A DNA stretch of 64,000 nt from Lama glama (taxonomy: Eukaryota), in assembly GCA_028534125.1 (NCBI GenBank), contig CM052821.1:46314001-46378000 (forward strand), given 5' to 3'. The notes beneath the pieces are model-generated. The model saw only the letters and a program-made list of their open reading frames with translations. It made no database searches and was not told the DNA's origin. Below, in pieces: positions 1-11,412 of this stretch; the first letter of the stretch is position 1, and every line of letters starts with the position of its first letter. A program made the translations under genes and the position numbers.

Positions 1-34
1 GATGCGAGTTGCCCAGTTGGGCACCCTCTTTCAG

Positions 35-120
35 GAAGTGTCTTTTGCTCATTTTTCTATCATGATGTCTGCCTATTTTTGTTGTTGTTTTGCAGGAGTT
101 CTTTATATATATTCATCTGG
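35..120 (-). mobile_element. Old L1 fragment
   Basis: tcttttgctcatttttct...tttgcaggagttctttatatatattc resembles antisense L1M ORF2-end sequence. Confidence 0.55.
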
Positions 121-564
121 TCAAAACCCACCGCTTGGTGCTGGCTGGACTTTCCTCGGTGGGCGGTGCTCACTGCCTATTGTGCTAGTTTTGGGTGGAA
201 TCAAAGAATATTAAGCTCGAAGAAACCCCAGAAGGTTATCAGATCCATGTCCCCCACCCTCACTTCCCTAAGGAAACAGGCGAAGTGGGCAGGTCAAGGT
301 AAAATAACTAACACAAAGTAAACTAAGTTCAGGAGCCCCTCAGACCCCACCTTCCCCCCGTGCTTTACTTCACTTCTTCCTCCAGCTCTCCACTCCTCTC
401 TAGTCAATCTGTTTCAAGTCAGCTCAGCTTCCCTCCGCCCTTCTAGACTCATTTGCCCAATGAGGGGGGTGATTCCTGGTCAACTGTGCAGACCTGAGGC
501 GATTCTACAGATAGTTGCTCTTAACCCGAGAGTGGCTTGCAAGTAAGAAGTTTAGGAAAAGTGC

Positions 565-1024
565 TGTCATGAGTTGAACTGAGCACCACAAGTCAAGATA
601 AGTTCAAGTCCAACCCCGGGGACCTGTGAATGGGGTGTTATTTGGAAACAGGGTCTTTGCAGACATAATCACGTGAGGAAGAGCCATGCTAAATTAAGGA
701 GAGCCCTCATCCCTCATCCAACGACTTGTGTCTTTAAAAGAGGAGAAGACAGACAAACAAACACAGAAGGAAGAAGACCATGGTTAGCTTTCCATATGCT
801 GTCAGATGCCTCTCTAGGATGTCCTGAATGAAGATGGAGGCAGACATTGGAGTGATGCTGTCATAAGCCAGGAAGCTGGAAGAGGCAAGGAAAGAGCCTC
901 TCTTAGTGGCTTCTGGCCAACACCTTGATTTTGGACTTCTAGCCTCCTGAACTGTGAAAGAATGAATTTCTGTCTAAGCGACAAGTTAGTGGTACTTGAC
1001 TACAGCGGTCCTAGGGAACTGACA
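565..1024 (+). mobile_element. MaLR solo LTR (MLT1C-like)
   Basis: TG...CA ends; ttatttggaaacagggtctttgcaga, ggaagctggaagaggcaagga, ttggacttctagcctcctgaactgtga; degenerate 5-bp TSD agtgc/agcgt. Confidence 0.85.
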
Positions 1025-2274
1025 AGCGTCAAGACCCCACATCCACCTGCTTCCTCTAAAAGAAACACAGAAGATTCCTCAGCACCCTAAGCTGCTGTCC
1101 TGGCCCAAACTTACTACTGCCATTTCCCAGATTTGGAGACTTTTTCACATAACCATTAAATCACAGACGAAAAGTGATTTTGCCCATTTTAGACAGCAAG
1201 TGATAAGAAAAACACAAGGCAGAAACCATGCTCCCTGGTCTGTGGTTCCATCTCTCCTCCCACCCAGAAAACCCACCAGGAGATCGAATCTGTTACAGAA
1301 CCAGCTCTGAGACAACACAGCCTTTCATGGTCAGTCCATCAGAAAGCAGGAGATAACAGACACTGAGCAAAGACATTCTGGCCACTCCCAGGCCACCACA
1401 GTTAAGGGAGTTAATAAAGACTCTCCAGCCTGTTTCTTCCAGTAAAAAAAAAATATTTTCTGAATCCATAAGGGGGAAAAATGTAGAATGTCCAAGATTT
1501 TGGTCTTAAAGTGACCACTGAACGACATGAAGCCCATTATGATGCTTAGAAAACCCAGAGGTGGATGCAAGAGCTGAGGAAGGACAGCACCACAGAGCCT
1601 GCCTGGGGGTTCGAGCCCCACGGGCTTTCTATTAGGTACTGAAAAATACCTACTCCCTGAACAGAAGTCAGATCTGTAAGCGGCTTGTTGGTATGGAGAT
1701 TGTAATTTTTTTTTTAACAAATAATGAGCCTGTGTCTCCCTACCGGTCTGGCTGGATGCTTCACTGCACGAGATGATGTCTCATTTGCTCACCAGGAAGG
1801 GCGAGACGGCTGGGATGGCTGAGTAACATGGACTAGCTGAATGGGTGCTAGCGCCTGACTGAACGCCGAGCTAATGGACTGTGGGAACAGAACGGCGAGG
1901 AGCATTTCTGAGATTTCAGACTTAAACAGAGTGAACCCGCATGGAAGGGTACACTCTGCACCTTTCAACCGTTCACTCGCTCACACGCTCCATGAAGAAG
2001 CAGACTTTGGAAGAACAACTGGTGAGGGATGCAGGGCTCACAGCCTTCGCAGACCGAATCGCCGGGGATCCCTGGTCGCTGGTTCCCAGCTGGAAGCATC
2101 ACATCAGACTGGACTGGGGAGGGAGGTGGGGGTAACCTGCTCTGTGCACTCTCGAGATGGGAGGTGTTTCCCATAGTGCCCGTCTCCCCTCCCCGGCGCC
2201 TTCCGCTGGGCAGCCACCCTCCGTGGTTCTCTTCTCACAAGTTTCTGGCAGCATTAGCTCTTCTCTTTGTATCT

Positions 2275-2843
2275 TGCTATGGGCTGAACTGTATCCCTCA
2301 CGAATTCACACATGGGAGTCCTAACCCCTACGCAGGACTTTGGGATGTGATTGTATTTGGAGATCGTGTCTTTAAAGAGGTGTTAAGTTAATAGTAGGGG
2401 AGGGTATAGCTCAGCATGCATGAGGTCATGGGTTCAATCCCCAGTACCTCCATTAAATAAAATAATAATAATAATCACAAATAAAAACAATAAATAAAAT
2501 AAAAATAATAAATAAAATAAAAATAATAAATAAATAAATCTGATTATCTCCACCCTCCCTCAAAGCAACAACAGCAAAAAAGAAGTGCTAAGTTAAAATG
2601 AGGTCATTCATGTGGGCTCTGATCTGGCATGTCCAGTAACCGTAAGAGGCCACCTGGACAGACAGGTACTGGAGGATGACCATGTGACAACACAGGGAGA
2701 AGGCGGGCATTTTATGAGAGAAGAACAGAGGCCTCAGAAGGAACCAACCCTTGATCTTGGACTTCCAGCCTCCAGAATCATAAGAAAGTGAATTTCCCCT
2801 GTGGAGGCCACCCATCTGTGGTGCTAAGTACCACACTGACACG
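2275..2843 (+). mobile_element. MaLR solo LTR (MLT1B/MLT1A-like), split by a SINE
   Basis: tgctatgggctgaactgt start; gtatttggagat; cttgatcttggacttccagcctccagaa; TSD tatct/catct. Confidence 0.85.
2397..2578 (+). mobile_element. Camelid tRNA-derived SINE (Vic-1 type) with internal deletion and expanded A-rich tail
   Basis: ggggagggtatagctcag...gggttcaatccccagtacctcc; 18-bp TSD aaagaggtgttaagttaa (2374-2391) / aaagaagtgctaagttaa (2579-2596). Confidence 0.9.
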
Positions 2844-2994
2844 CATCTCCGGGCCCAGAGCTGGTACCAGCTCGCTGCGTCCGCTAGTCTCCCTGCTGGT
2901 ACCGTCAATGCTGTCCACTCACCCCACAAACAGCCGCTTCATGTAAACACCTCGAATTATCGGACGAGGTGATGGGGTCCTGACTCTTACATGC

Positions 2995-3097
2995 ATGTTA
3001 TTTCACTTAATCCCCTGGGCTGCTCTTGGAACACTGGGATGATTACGCTTAGTTTACAAACGAGGAAACTGAGAGTCTCAGAGAGATCACACAGCTG
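2995..3097 (-). mobile_element. MIR SINE
   Basis: tttacaaacgaggaaactgaga...cacacagct MIR core (antisense). Confidence 0.65.
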
Positions 3098-3209
3098 GGG
3101 TTTCTTTCTGAGCTGCTGACTCTGGTAGGCCTGCGGCACACGGCATGGACGCGCCGCCTCCCTGAATCAGAGGCCACGGGGTGGGAAGGACCCTTAGACA
3201 GCATCTATC

Positions 3210-3320
3210 TGCTGTATTTGTAGATGGGGAAACTGGGACCCACAGAAGTGAGCTCAGTCTCCTGAAGTCAGCACGCGTCCGTGGTGGCAGCATCAGGACT
3301 TGAATGGAAGGTCTTCTGAC
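3210..3320 (-). mobile_element. MIR SINE
   Basis: tttgtagatggggaaactgggac...caggacttgaa...ttctgac. Confidence 0.65.
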
Positions 3321-4499
3321 AGCAGCCTTGCTACTTTTTGTGGCTTCCTTGACTGGTTCAAGGATGACGGCAAGAACAGAGTCCCCTCTCCAGTCCTGTA
3401 CTCGGATCTCCTGGGGACCCGGCCGCAAAGGTGATGGGCAAGGGTCCAGCGTCAGTCCCCATGTCAGCTCCATGCTCACTAGCTGCATGACCTTGGCCCA
3501 GTGACCTGAGGACTGCCTGTGGCTCAGTGCACGCTTCCGTAGAACAGGTGTTAGTAATGACTCAGAGAACTGTGCCGAGGACTAAATAAGACAGAACACA
3601 ACACTCAGCACAGTGACTGACACAAACGCTGGTCTCAGTGAAATAATGAGCCATTGTTATGACTTGGGGCAGATTTTTTTTAAACCCAAACTAAGTTCCT
3701 ATTCACCTGGAGGCACTGAACTCACCACTCAGAAGCTGAATACTAATAAATGATGACACTAACAGCGCTAATAATAACGAGGACACTGCACAAGGGACGC
3801 CCATCACCTCTGCTCCTTATGACATCCCAGAAATACCGAGTAAGTAACCAAGATGCTAAGAACCTGGATTCAAACACAGTTTAGCCCAGACTCACACTAG
3901 AAATTCACATTTTCTAATACCGTTGTCAATAAGATGATGCGACCAGTACAGGAAACTTGGCTGCAGAAAAGCACTACGCAACCCCGTCTACACCGGTGAC
4001 GTTAAGACATACAGTCAGTGTAGACATGTACAGGCAGAACTGTGTTTGACTGACTCTGCACCCACAGCTTCCAAAAGTCTGCAGCGCACAGTAGGTCTGC
4101 TCAAGACAAGCACAATGACCTGCATTGATGCAGAACTTGAGTGAATTCGGGGGAGCTGGGTCTCCCAAGAGCAAGTGCCTAGAGCGGAGGAGGGGCTGGA
4201 GGTGGCTCCTCTATGAATGCGATTCCCTATTGTACCGAGGCCGACTTCAAGGGGTCATTTCAATGGGATAAGTAGGCAGTTCTGTCTCCTTATTTCCCAG
4301 CACAACCAAAGTTCTAGAGGAGGCTTTGGATCTGGCCAGGTGCTGGCACTGTAATGCTGTCAAGAATTGGAGGCCCGAGATGCAGGCAATCCTGGATCCA
4401 TTACTTGTTTTCTGTAGAACCTGGGGCACGTGAGTGACTGTGAACTCCTCTTGCCTAGCCTGTGAAATGGGTATGCTGATGCTACCTTTATTTCTCCAT

Positions 4500-4850
4500 C
4501 CAACCAATACCTGTGGAGGGTCTCCTAGGTCCCAGAACCCCTTCTGAAAACAGAAATACTTACCCTCGGGGAGGCTTTATGCTAAGAGAAGACAATAAAC
4601 AAAGGAAGTAGGTTAAACATATAGGATGATGCGTGACGACAATGATAAAGCAGAGAAAGGCAGGAGGACTCAGGTGCGGGACCTGGGGACATTTGCAACG
4701 GGTGCTCGGCAAAGGCTTCTCTGGGAAGGGGATACTCTGTAAGCAAAGACATGCAGGAGGTGAGGGAGCCTGCCACGCTGATATGGGGCCAGAACTCCGG
4801 CGGAATCAGCTACAAGTGCAAAGGCCCTGAGAGAGCTGATATATTGCAGG
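4500..4850 (-). mobile_element. L2 LINE fragment
   Basis: gagaagacaataaac...ggcaaaggcttctctgggaaggggatactctgtaagcaaagac...caagtgcaaaggccctgag, typical antisense L2. Confidence 0.65.
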
Positions 4851-5689
4851 AACCGTGAGCAGTGCTGCCTCCCGGGCTGCGGTGAAAGTTAAACAAGATA
4901 ATAATCCATTTGAAATATCACATTCATAACAAGTGCTCAATAAATGTTAGCTAGGACTATTAACATTATTCCTGTGGGCACACACAGGCCCCCCACCTAC
5001 TGGAAAGCGATGCCGGCAGGCAAGGAGGCCGTGGTAACCCTTTGGGGTCTGAACCTTCGCTAATGAACGGGCTATCTGCTCTCCGCCAGCCTGATCTGTT
5101 TCACGGGAGAGGATTTCCTGTAAATTGGATTAGCAGGGCGTGCACTGAGTGCTGGGGAGAATGAAGGGAGAACTAAATCCAGCTTTGTGGTGGTGTCAGT
5201 CATTTTAAAAGATTGTGCAAAATTATCCCTGGTTCAAGCTTTCGGGCAAGAGTGATCAATGTCCTTCCCTTGATTACTTTTCCAGCGTTCAATAACACAG
5301 AAAGAAGGGAAGGGAGAAGGTGGAGCCAACTGCCTTATCCTTTGAAGGAGCTCTTTAAGGCAGGGTGAAGTTCCTCCCCTGGAGACTTATTTCTGCTTCT
5401 GTTAAGCGGGGGAGGGAAGGCGTGGTGAGCGCAGGGCCGGTCTGCAATTCTCCAGGGTGACTCTCAGGAATCCTGATAACCAAAGAGGACCCCAGATGGA
5501 TGGACTCCGTATTGGGAGGGTGGGAATCAGAAAATAAAGGAATTTGCTGGCTTCCTCGTGTTGCGTTTACGGGCATGCAGTCACCCTAAGCTAGGCTTCC
5601 TCCCCCTACCTTCAGGCCTTTTTATAATTGGATCTCTTCAAAACCACTTTGAATCTCTTTAAAATCACAGAATTATCCTTTAAAAGGCA

Positions 5690-6057
5690 AAGAATCAACC
5701 AAACCCACAGAAAATGAGATCAGATTTGAGGTTACCAGAGGCAGGGGATGCAGGGAGGTACAAACTTCCAGCTGCAAGAAAACTCCGCGCTAGGGATGTA
5801 ATATACAAGATAAACATAGCTAACACTGCGGTATGTCGCATACGACAGTTGTTAAGAGAGTAAATCCTAAGAGTTCTCGTTCCAAGGAAACATTTTTTTC
5901 TTTTTCTTTTATGTTGTATCCATAAGAGATGATGGATGTTCACTAAACGTGTGCTAATCATTTTGTGACGTGTGTTAAGTCAAGTCATTATGGTGCACAC
6001 CCTAAACTGATACAGCGCTATATGTCCATTGTATCTCAATAAAACTAGAATGAAAAA
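5690..6057 (+). mobile_element. L1 3' UTR fragment (L1MA-type)
   Basis: ggttaccagaggcagggg, gagagtaaatcctaagagttctc, ctaaactgatacag...tgtatctcaataaaact plus A-rich end. Confidence 0.85.
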
Positions 6058-6254
6058 TCATGACATTCTGAGTTCTAATTTAGCTAAATAGAATTTGCTC
6101 TTTCCCCCTCAGGCTTCCGTCTACCGCTGACCTGCTCTACTCCTCATCCTCCCCAGCCTTCTCTTTAGATGCCTTCCTGCCTGGACCCTGCGGCACAGCT
6201 GGCCACCTCCCACCCCCTCTCCACCTGGAAGCTATTCCCTTGTACTAGTCATCT

Positions 6255-6400
6255 TGCTGCTCGACGGTCCCCTTCTAGGTGCTGAGTTCTCCAGGGCAGG
6301 GATGGTGTCATCCTTACAAACACCAGTGCCTTTGGCAGGCCCGGCAGACAGTCTCAGAGAATGTTTATGACTGAGTTGATAAATAAATGAATGAATTCAG
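6255..6400 (+). mobile_element. L2 3' end
   Basis: tgagttctccagggcagggat...aatgtttatgactgagttgataaataaatgaatgaa. Confidence 0.6.
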
Positions 6401-6556
6401 AAATAAGACAGAGGCCCTGCCCAGAGGCATCTAACAGAAGCTCAATTAATATTTGCTGAATGACTAATTGTCAAATGGGCTCTGATACATGCAAATGAGT
6501 TGGTTAAAGACAGAGTTCCTAGAGACAGTGGGGAGCCCAGTTAGTTTGTCCTGGAT

Positions 6557-6584
6557 GGGTGGGGGTGGGGTGGGATGGGGTGGG
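6557..6584 (+). repeat. G-rich tract, G-quadruplex motif
   Basis: gggtgggggtggggtgggatggggtggg: six G3+ runs with 1-2 nt loops. Confidence 0.8.
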
Positions 6585-6769
6585 ACCTGTCCAGCCCCCA
6601 CTTGCAGCCAGGACAGATCAGGCCAGGAAGTCAAGACGCCACTCTTGTGTTAAATGACTGTCCATCTCCCAGTCATAGCCAAGATGTCACGGACTCGGCA
6701 GTGGGAAGTTCTCTCAGGCCTACCTTCTCAGCCCACTTGTTGATACCTTTGGGCCAGAGCAGGAGTTGG

Positions 6770-6895
6770 AAAGAGCTGGGGTGTGCAGTCAGGCAGACCT
6801 GGGTCTGGATCTGGCCTCTGACACTTCCTGGCTGTGTGATGTTGGGACAGTCGCTTCACTTCTCTGTTCTCATCTGTGAAATAGGGGCGACAATA
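6770..6895 (+). mobile_element. MIR SINE
   Basis: gcagtcaggcagacctgggtctggatctggcctc...gctgtgtgatgttgggacagtcgcttcacttctctg...ctcatctgtgaaatagggg. Confidence 0.8.
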
Positions 6896-7914
6896 CAACT
6901 CTTTTCTCCAGAGGCAAGTTTCCCTTGGGGGTAATTCTACCACGTACAGAAGTCTGTGGACCTTTTCCTCAAACACAGGCTTTTCACTTTAATTATAGCA
7001 AGTTTTGGAGTGTACCTGTTGGTGACAATTCCAAAAAAGGGAGGAAATGGGAGAGTAAGGTGGTAAAATAAACCAGTAGAAGGTTCTGGAACAGCCATGC
7101 TCCACACTCCAGAGCCATCTGGACTATCCCACCTGTGTGCTGGAAGGAGCCGCGAAGGCCAGAGAGAGGGGTGGGGAGATGATGCAGACATCTCTGTAGG
7201 GAATACTGAATGGCTGATGAAGTCCACTTCGTTCCATCACCTACGTCACTGCTGGAACACAGAATTAGGCATGTGCCCTCACTGTCCTAGAATCATATGA
7301 ACATTTGGAGAGAGGATCAGACATGGGTGGGGGGTGACTCTTAGTGTCCAAATCCAGCATAGCAAAGCACCAATAAACAGCTTACTGAAATGCAGGGAGT
7401 GGGGGGTGATGTCCTGTAAAATTCATACTGAATGAGGAGTGGTAAAAAGGAATTAATTATTACTAATTAATAACGTACAAGAGATCGCTGACGTTCTCAG
7501 CTGGGGGCTGTCTTTGCCACTGAGTTATGGAACAAAACCCAAACTCGAGATCATCCTATCACAGTCCGGGCAGCTCTGGCCTAACCCCCAGTGTCAAGCT
7601 TCCCCTGCCCCTCCCGCTGTGGTCAGTTCATGAACAAGGCAAATGAGCGCCAACATCGGGGCTCGTTTCCAGGCTCAGCCCATGGCCAGTTTCAATGCAC
7701 CCTTCAGGTCTCAGCTGAAACATCACCTCCGCAGAGCGGTCTGTCCCTACGATCCCCACCAGTCCTGGTTAACGACTTCAGGGAGTAACCACAACCTGTA
7801 ACTCCCTCCTTCACGGGCGGGGCGTGAAGATTTCAACGGATCTCATGCAATTTTGCCCTTCTTTCAATGTCTAGATAGGAAATTACATCTGCCTACAATT
7901 AAGGTGGGTGAAAG

Positions 7915-8080
7915 TAACCAATGTTTACTGAGCACTAGTTCTAGATCAGTGGGTTTTGTGTAATGTTTACAACAGCTTGTTCGATCCTCACAACCACCGA
8001 GTCATGGTATCCTCTTTTTTCCATTTTCCCGGAGCGGAAAGCCAAGTGGCACAGGGAAGATCCTGACCCCAGTCTGCTGC
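7915..8080 (-). mobile_element. MIR SINE
   Basis: tgtttactgagcact...atcctcacaaccacc...ccattttcccggagcggaaagcc. Confidence 0.55.
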
Positions 8081-8114
8081 ATTCCCCCAAACACGCACTT
8101 TCTGCTAATCTGCA

Positions 8115-8441
8115 AGCTTTCCCTAGGAACCTTCTTCTTAAAGGGCCCGATCGTATATATTTTTCGGCCTGGTGATCCAAAAAATCTCTGCTGCACCTAC
8201 TCAACGTCTGCCATTTTAGCTCCAAAGCAGCCACAGACAAAACAAAAATGGATGGTGTGTCTGTGTGTCAATCAGTCTTCATTGCTGGACACTGAAATTT
8301 GAATTTCATGACAATTTCCAGTGTCACAAAGCATACTTATGTTTGGATTTTTTCTCAATTATGAAAGAAATGTAAAAACGCTCCCTCGCTCGAGACAGAC
8401 AAAAGCAGATCGTGGCTAAACCTGGCAGGACCCAACCCCTG
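8115..8441 (+). mobile_element. hAT-Charlie DNA transposon relic (MER58B-like)
   Basis: taaagggcc...ctactcaac..ctgccattttagctccaaagcagccacagac...ggacactgaaatttgaatttcat...ccaacccctg terminus. Confidence 0.8.
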
Positions 8442-9214
8442 CCGGAAACTGGTAAACCTTCACAAGGAAGATATTACATCGACTTTGAATAAGATTAAGA
8501 TTTAAATGTTCCCTCGGTATATCTGCCTGCTGCTCCAACTTGATGATGGGGATGGGTTTCGTTTTTTTTTTGAAGACAAGAGCCATGTTTTCTACTTTTC
8601 TTGTTGCCTCCCTTGGGCACAGCTGAAGATGAGCCAGTCTGTACCGCGCTGGGCACACGGTCTGTGCTGAAACAGGGGGGTCCGAGGAGCAAAGAGGCGA
8701 CGTGGGCTCAGAGATGGGAGGCTGCTCTCGGATAATTGTCTGAGCAGAGACTCCCTGACTCATAGCAGGTCCCACAGGGCTCTGCTAACCGATTTCAGCA
8801 TCGCTGGTGCCATTCTGATTCAAATACAGCTGCCCTGCTGTGCGGAAATGTCAAATATGCTCTAAAAGGAGATTGGGCAATTGAGGGCTCAGGGGGACAA
8901 GGCGGGGGAGGGGGAGGACGGATGTTCCAGCATAAAGGTGGTTGCCAGGAACAGCTCTCAAGGAGACGGACTAGGAGGCTGGAGTCTCTCTTTCTCTCTA
9001 TGATGTCACTCACTTTTTTTTTTTCTTTTGCAGAGCTCTGTCAGTCCCAGGGAAAGTACAGGATCATAACCCTGGCAACAACAGAGGTGCAAATCAACCA
9101 CTGGAGGGGCATCCCTGCAGCCCCTCTTCCCTGTGGCCCCAGGGCTTTCTCCATCTGGGAATTTATGCATCATGATCTCTTGCAATTGCTCTTAAGGTTG
9201 TTTTTTAAGGTTTG

Positions 9215-9500
9215 TTTTATTTAACTTTACTAAGGAATTATTGATATGTAAGATTGTATATAAAGTATGCAACGTGATGATTTGATATACACATACACTG
9301 CAGAACTATTATCAAGATCAAGGTAATTAATACATCCACCACCTTACGTAGTTAAACCAGGTAACTTCCTGAAGGCGTTTAAATCAATATCTTGAAGAGA
9401 CATCTGCACACCCACGTTCACTGCAGCATTATTCTCAACCTACATGCCTTTTGAGGTTGAATGGATAAAGAAAATGTGATATGTATACACATTTTACATA
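9215..9500. mobile_element. L1MA-type insertion with internal inversion (3' end on - at ~9215-9353; upstream piece on + at ~9354-9500)
   Basis: Antisense L1 3' end (gtatgcaacgtgatgatttgatatacac...caaggtaattaatacatccacc) abuts sense L1 (gagacatctgcacacccacgttcactgcagcattattc...gaatggataaagaaaatgtg). Confidence 0.75.
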
Positions 9501-10427
9501 TTATGTAAGATTTTGAAAAATCGTGTAAACCTCTCCAAAAAATGTAGGGAGAACTGAATGAGACAAAGCAGAAAAAGCACTTAGCACAGGGCTTGGCACA
9601 AAGTAAATGCTCAGTGTCAGTTGGTGATAGGAACACAACACTGGGCCCTCGATTCAAGGATGGTTATAAAATGGTCCACATGGGCTAAGAAAGTAGGTCC
9701 GGTGTTTTGGGGAAGGGGCTGGACAAATCCCCTGCAGCGGATTTTAGCAACCGCCCTGTCACTCTCCAGCACTGCAGCTCTGAGAAGACACTGGCAGGCA
9801 GGCGTCAGCACTGCGCCCTGTGGTTTACCAGCTCCGCTAACTTCTGCCGTCAATTAGCCTCTCTGTGCCTCTTTGGCTCCTCTGAAATGGGGATTACGTG
9901 AGCTAATGCACATGAATGCGCGAGTCAAATTGAAGAGATGGGTACTGTGAACTTGAGAGACCTCCAGGAAATCAGATGCCTCTTCTCACCATAAATACGT
10001 CTTCAGGGAAACCGTGCACTGAATGAACATTTGATTATTTTCTTTACGGCAGTTAGATTGAGGATCGCGCCCTCCCTTCTCTCCCTTCCACTGCAAACGC
10101 AACAGCACAGGCATCTGAGTGGCTGGGTCACGGCTCCTGTTAGCTCTGACCATGCCAAGACTTGAGTGAGTGACACAGAAACCATGGGTCAGCAGAGTCG
10201 GGGCAGAAACATTGTCAGGAAACTCTTACCCCTTGTGTCCACTAATGGGTCAGGTCAGTTCACTTAGTCCCAGCGCTGAAATGCCAGAGCCAGGTAGAGT
10301 TACCCAGAGCAAGGGAAGGGCTCTGCTTCACTTGGCTACTGGTCTGTCATTCACAGCTTCAAAGCCCTGGCTGGACCTCTTAGCCAGAGACCATTTGCCT
10401 ACGTCGCAAAAGGCTAAAACTAGGTTC

Positions 10428-10796
10428 TGTGTCAGGCGGTTTGTGCTGCTAGAGCAAAATCTCATGGACTATGTAGTTTATGCAACAGAAATTAACTGTC
10501 AGAGTTCTGGAAGCTGGAAGTCCAAGATCCAGGTACTCGTACAGTTGCTTTCCAGTGATGAGTTCTCTGCCCAGCGAGCAGAGGGTTACTTTTTCACTAT
10601 GATCACGTGGTGGAGGAGAGAGCAAGCTCTCTGATGTCTCCTCTTCCAAGGGCACTAATCCCACCCTGGGGGCCCCACCCTCCTGACTTCATCTAAACCT
10701 CATCACCTCTCAAAGGCCCCGTTTCCAAATACCATCACATTGCAGGGGTCAGGCTTCAACATCTAAATCTGGAGGGGCACAATTCAGTCCATAGCA
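10428..10796 (-). mobile_element. MaLR solo LTR (MLT1A0-like)
   Basis: agttctggaagctggaagtccaagatc, aagggcactaatccc, tccaaataccatcacatt, attcagtccatagca; TSD ggttc/ggttt. Confidence 0.9.
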
Positions 10797-11049
10797 GGTT
10801 TCCATTAAGTCACTACTCCGCAAAATACTGGTTTTTATGCAACATACAGATTGTGTTCCCAGCACAGTAAACAAATAAGCTAAATACATACACACACATG
10901 CACACTGTTTTAATTTTAAAACAGTTTACTTTTAAATATTAGTTCTATTTTTACCTATCTGACCTCTGACACATTTGGCGTTTTCTAAAACATAAACATT
11001 TAACATTTCTATATATATATATAGAAGTACCATTTCTTAGAATTCACTG

Positions 11050-11412
11050 CATCAGCAGAATGTAAAGGATGTTTGTGGGTGGTGTTGCTTATAACTGGGG
11101 GGTGGTGGAGAATCTCGGAACAACTAAAAGACCAATTAAGAGGAAATGAAATTATGGTCCATTCATCAAGTGGAAAAGAAAACTATGCAGTTCTTAAAAA
11201 GAAAAAAGAAAATACTATATGTATCAATGTAAAAGATACCCAACATCTTATCCTTAAGTAAGCAGGGCATAAAATAATTAAAAAGGAGATGCATATACAG
11301 AGAGAAACAGGTCATTACACACATGGAAAGACAGGAGTATACTGCAAACTTGTAACAGTGTTTAACTCTGGGGAACGTGATGGAGAAAGGGATTTTATAT
11401 ATTTGTGTATTT
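11050..11412 (+). mobile_element. Ancient L1 (L1ME-type) 3' fragment
   Basis: aaggatgtt...aaattatggtccattcat...aactatgcagttcttaaaaaga...taacagtgtttaactctgggga. Confidence 0.65.

Noticed and set aside
3986-4025. Hairpin gtctacac...gtgtagac
   Set aside because: Only an 8-bp perfect stem; expected by chance in 64 kb and too short for a pre-miRNA or MITE call.
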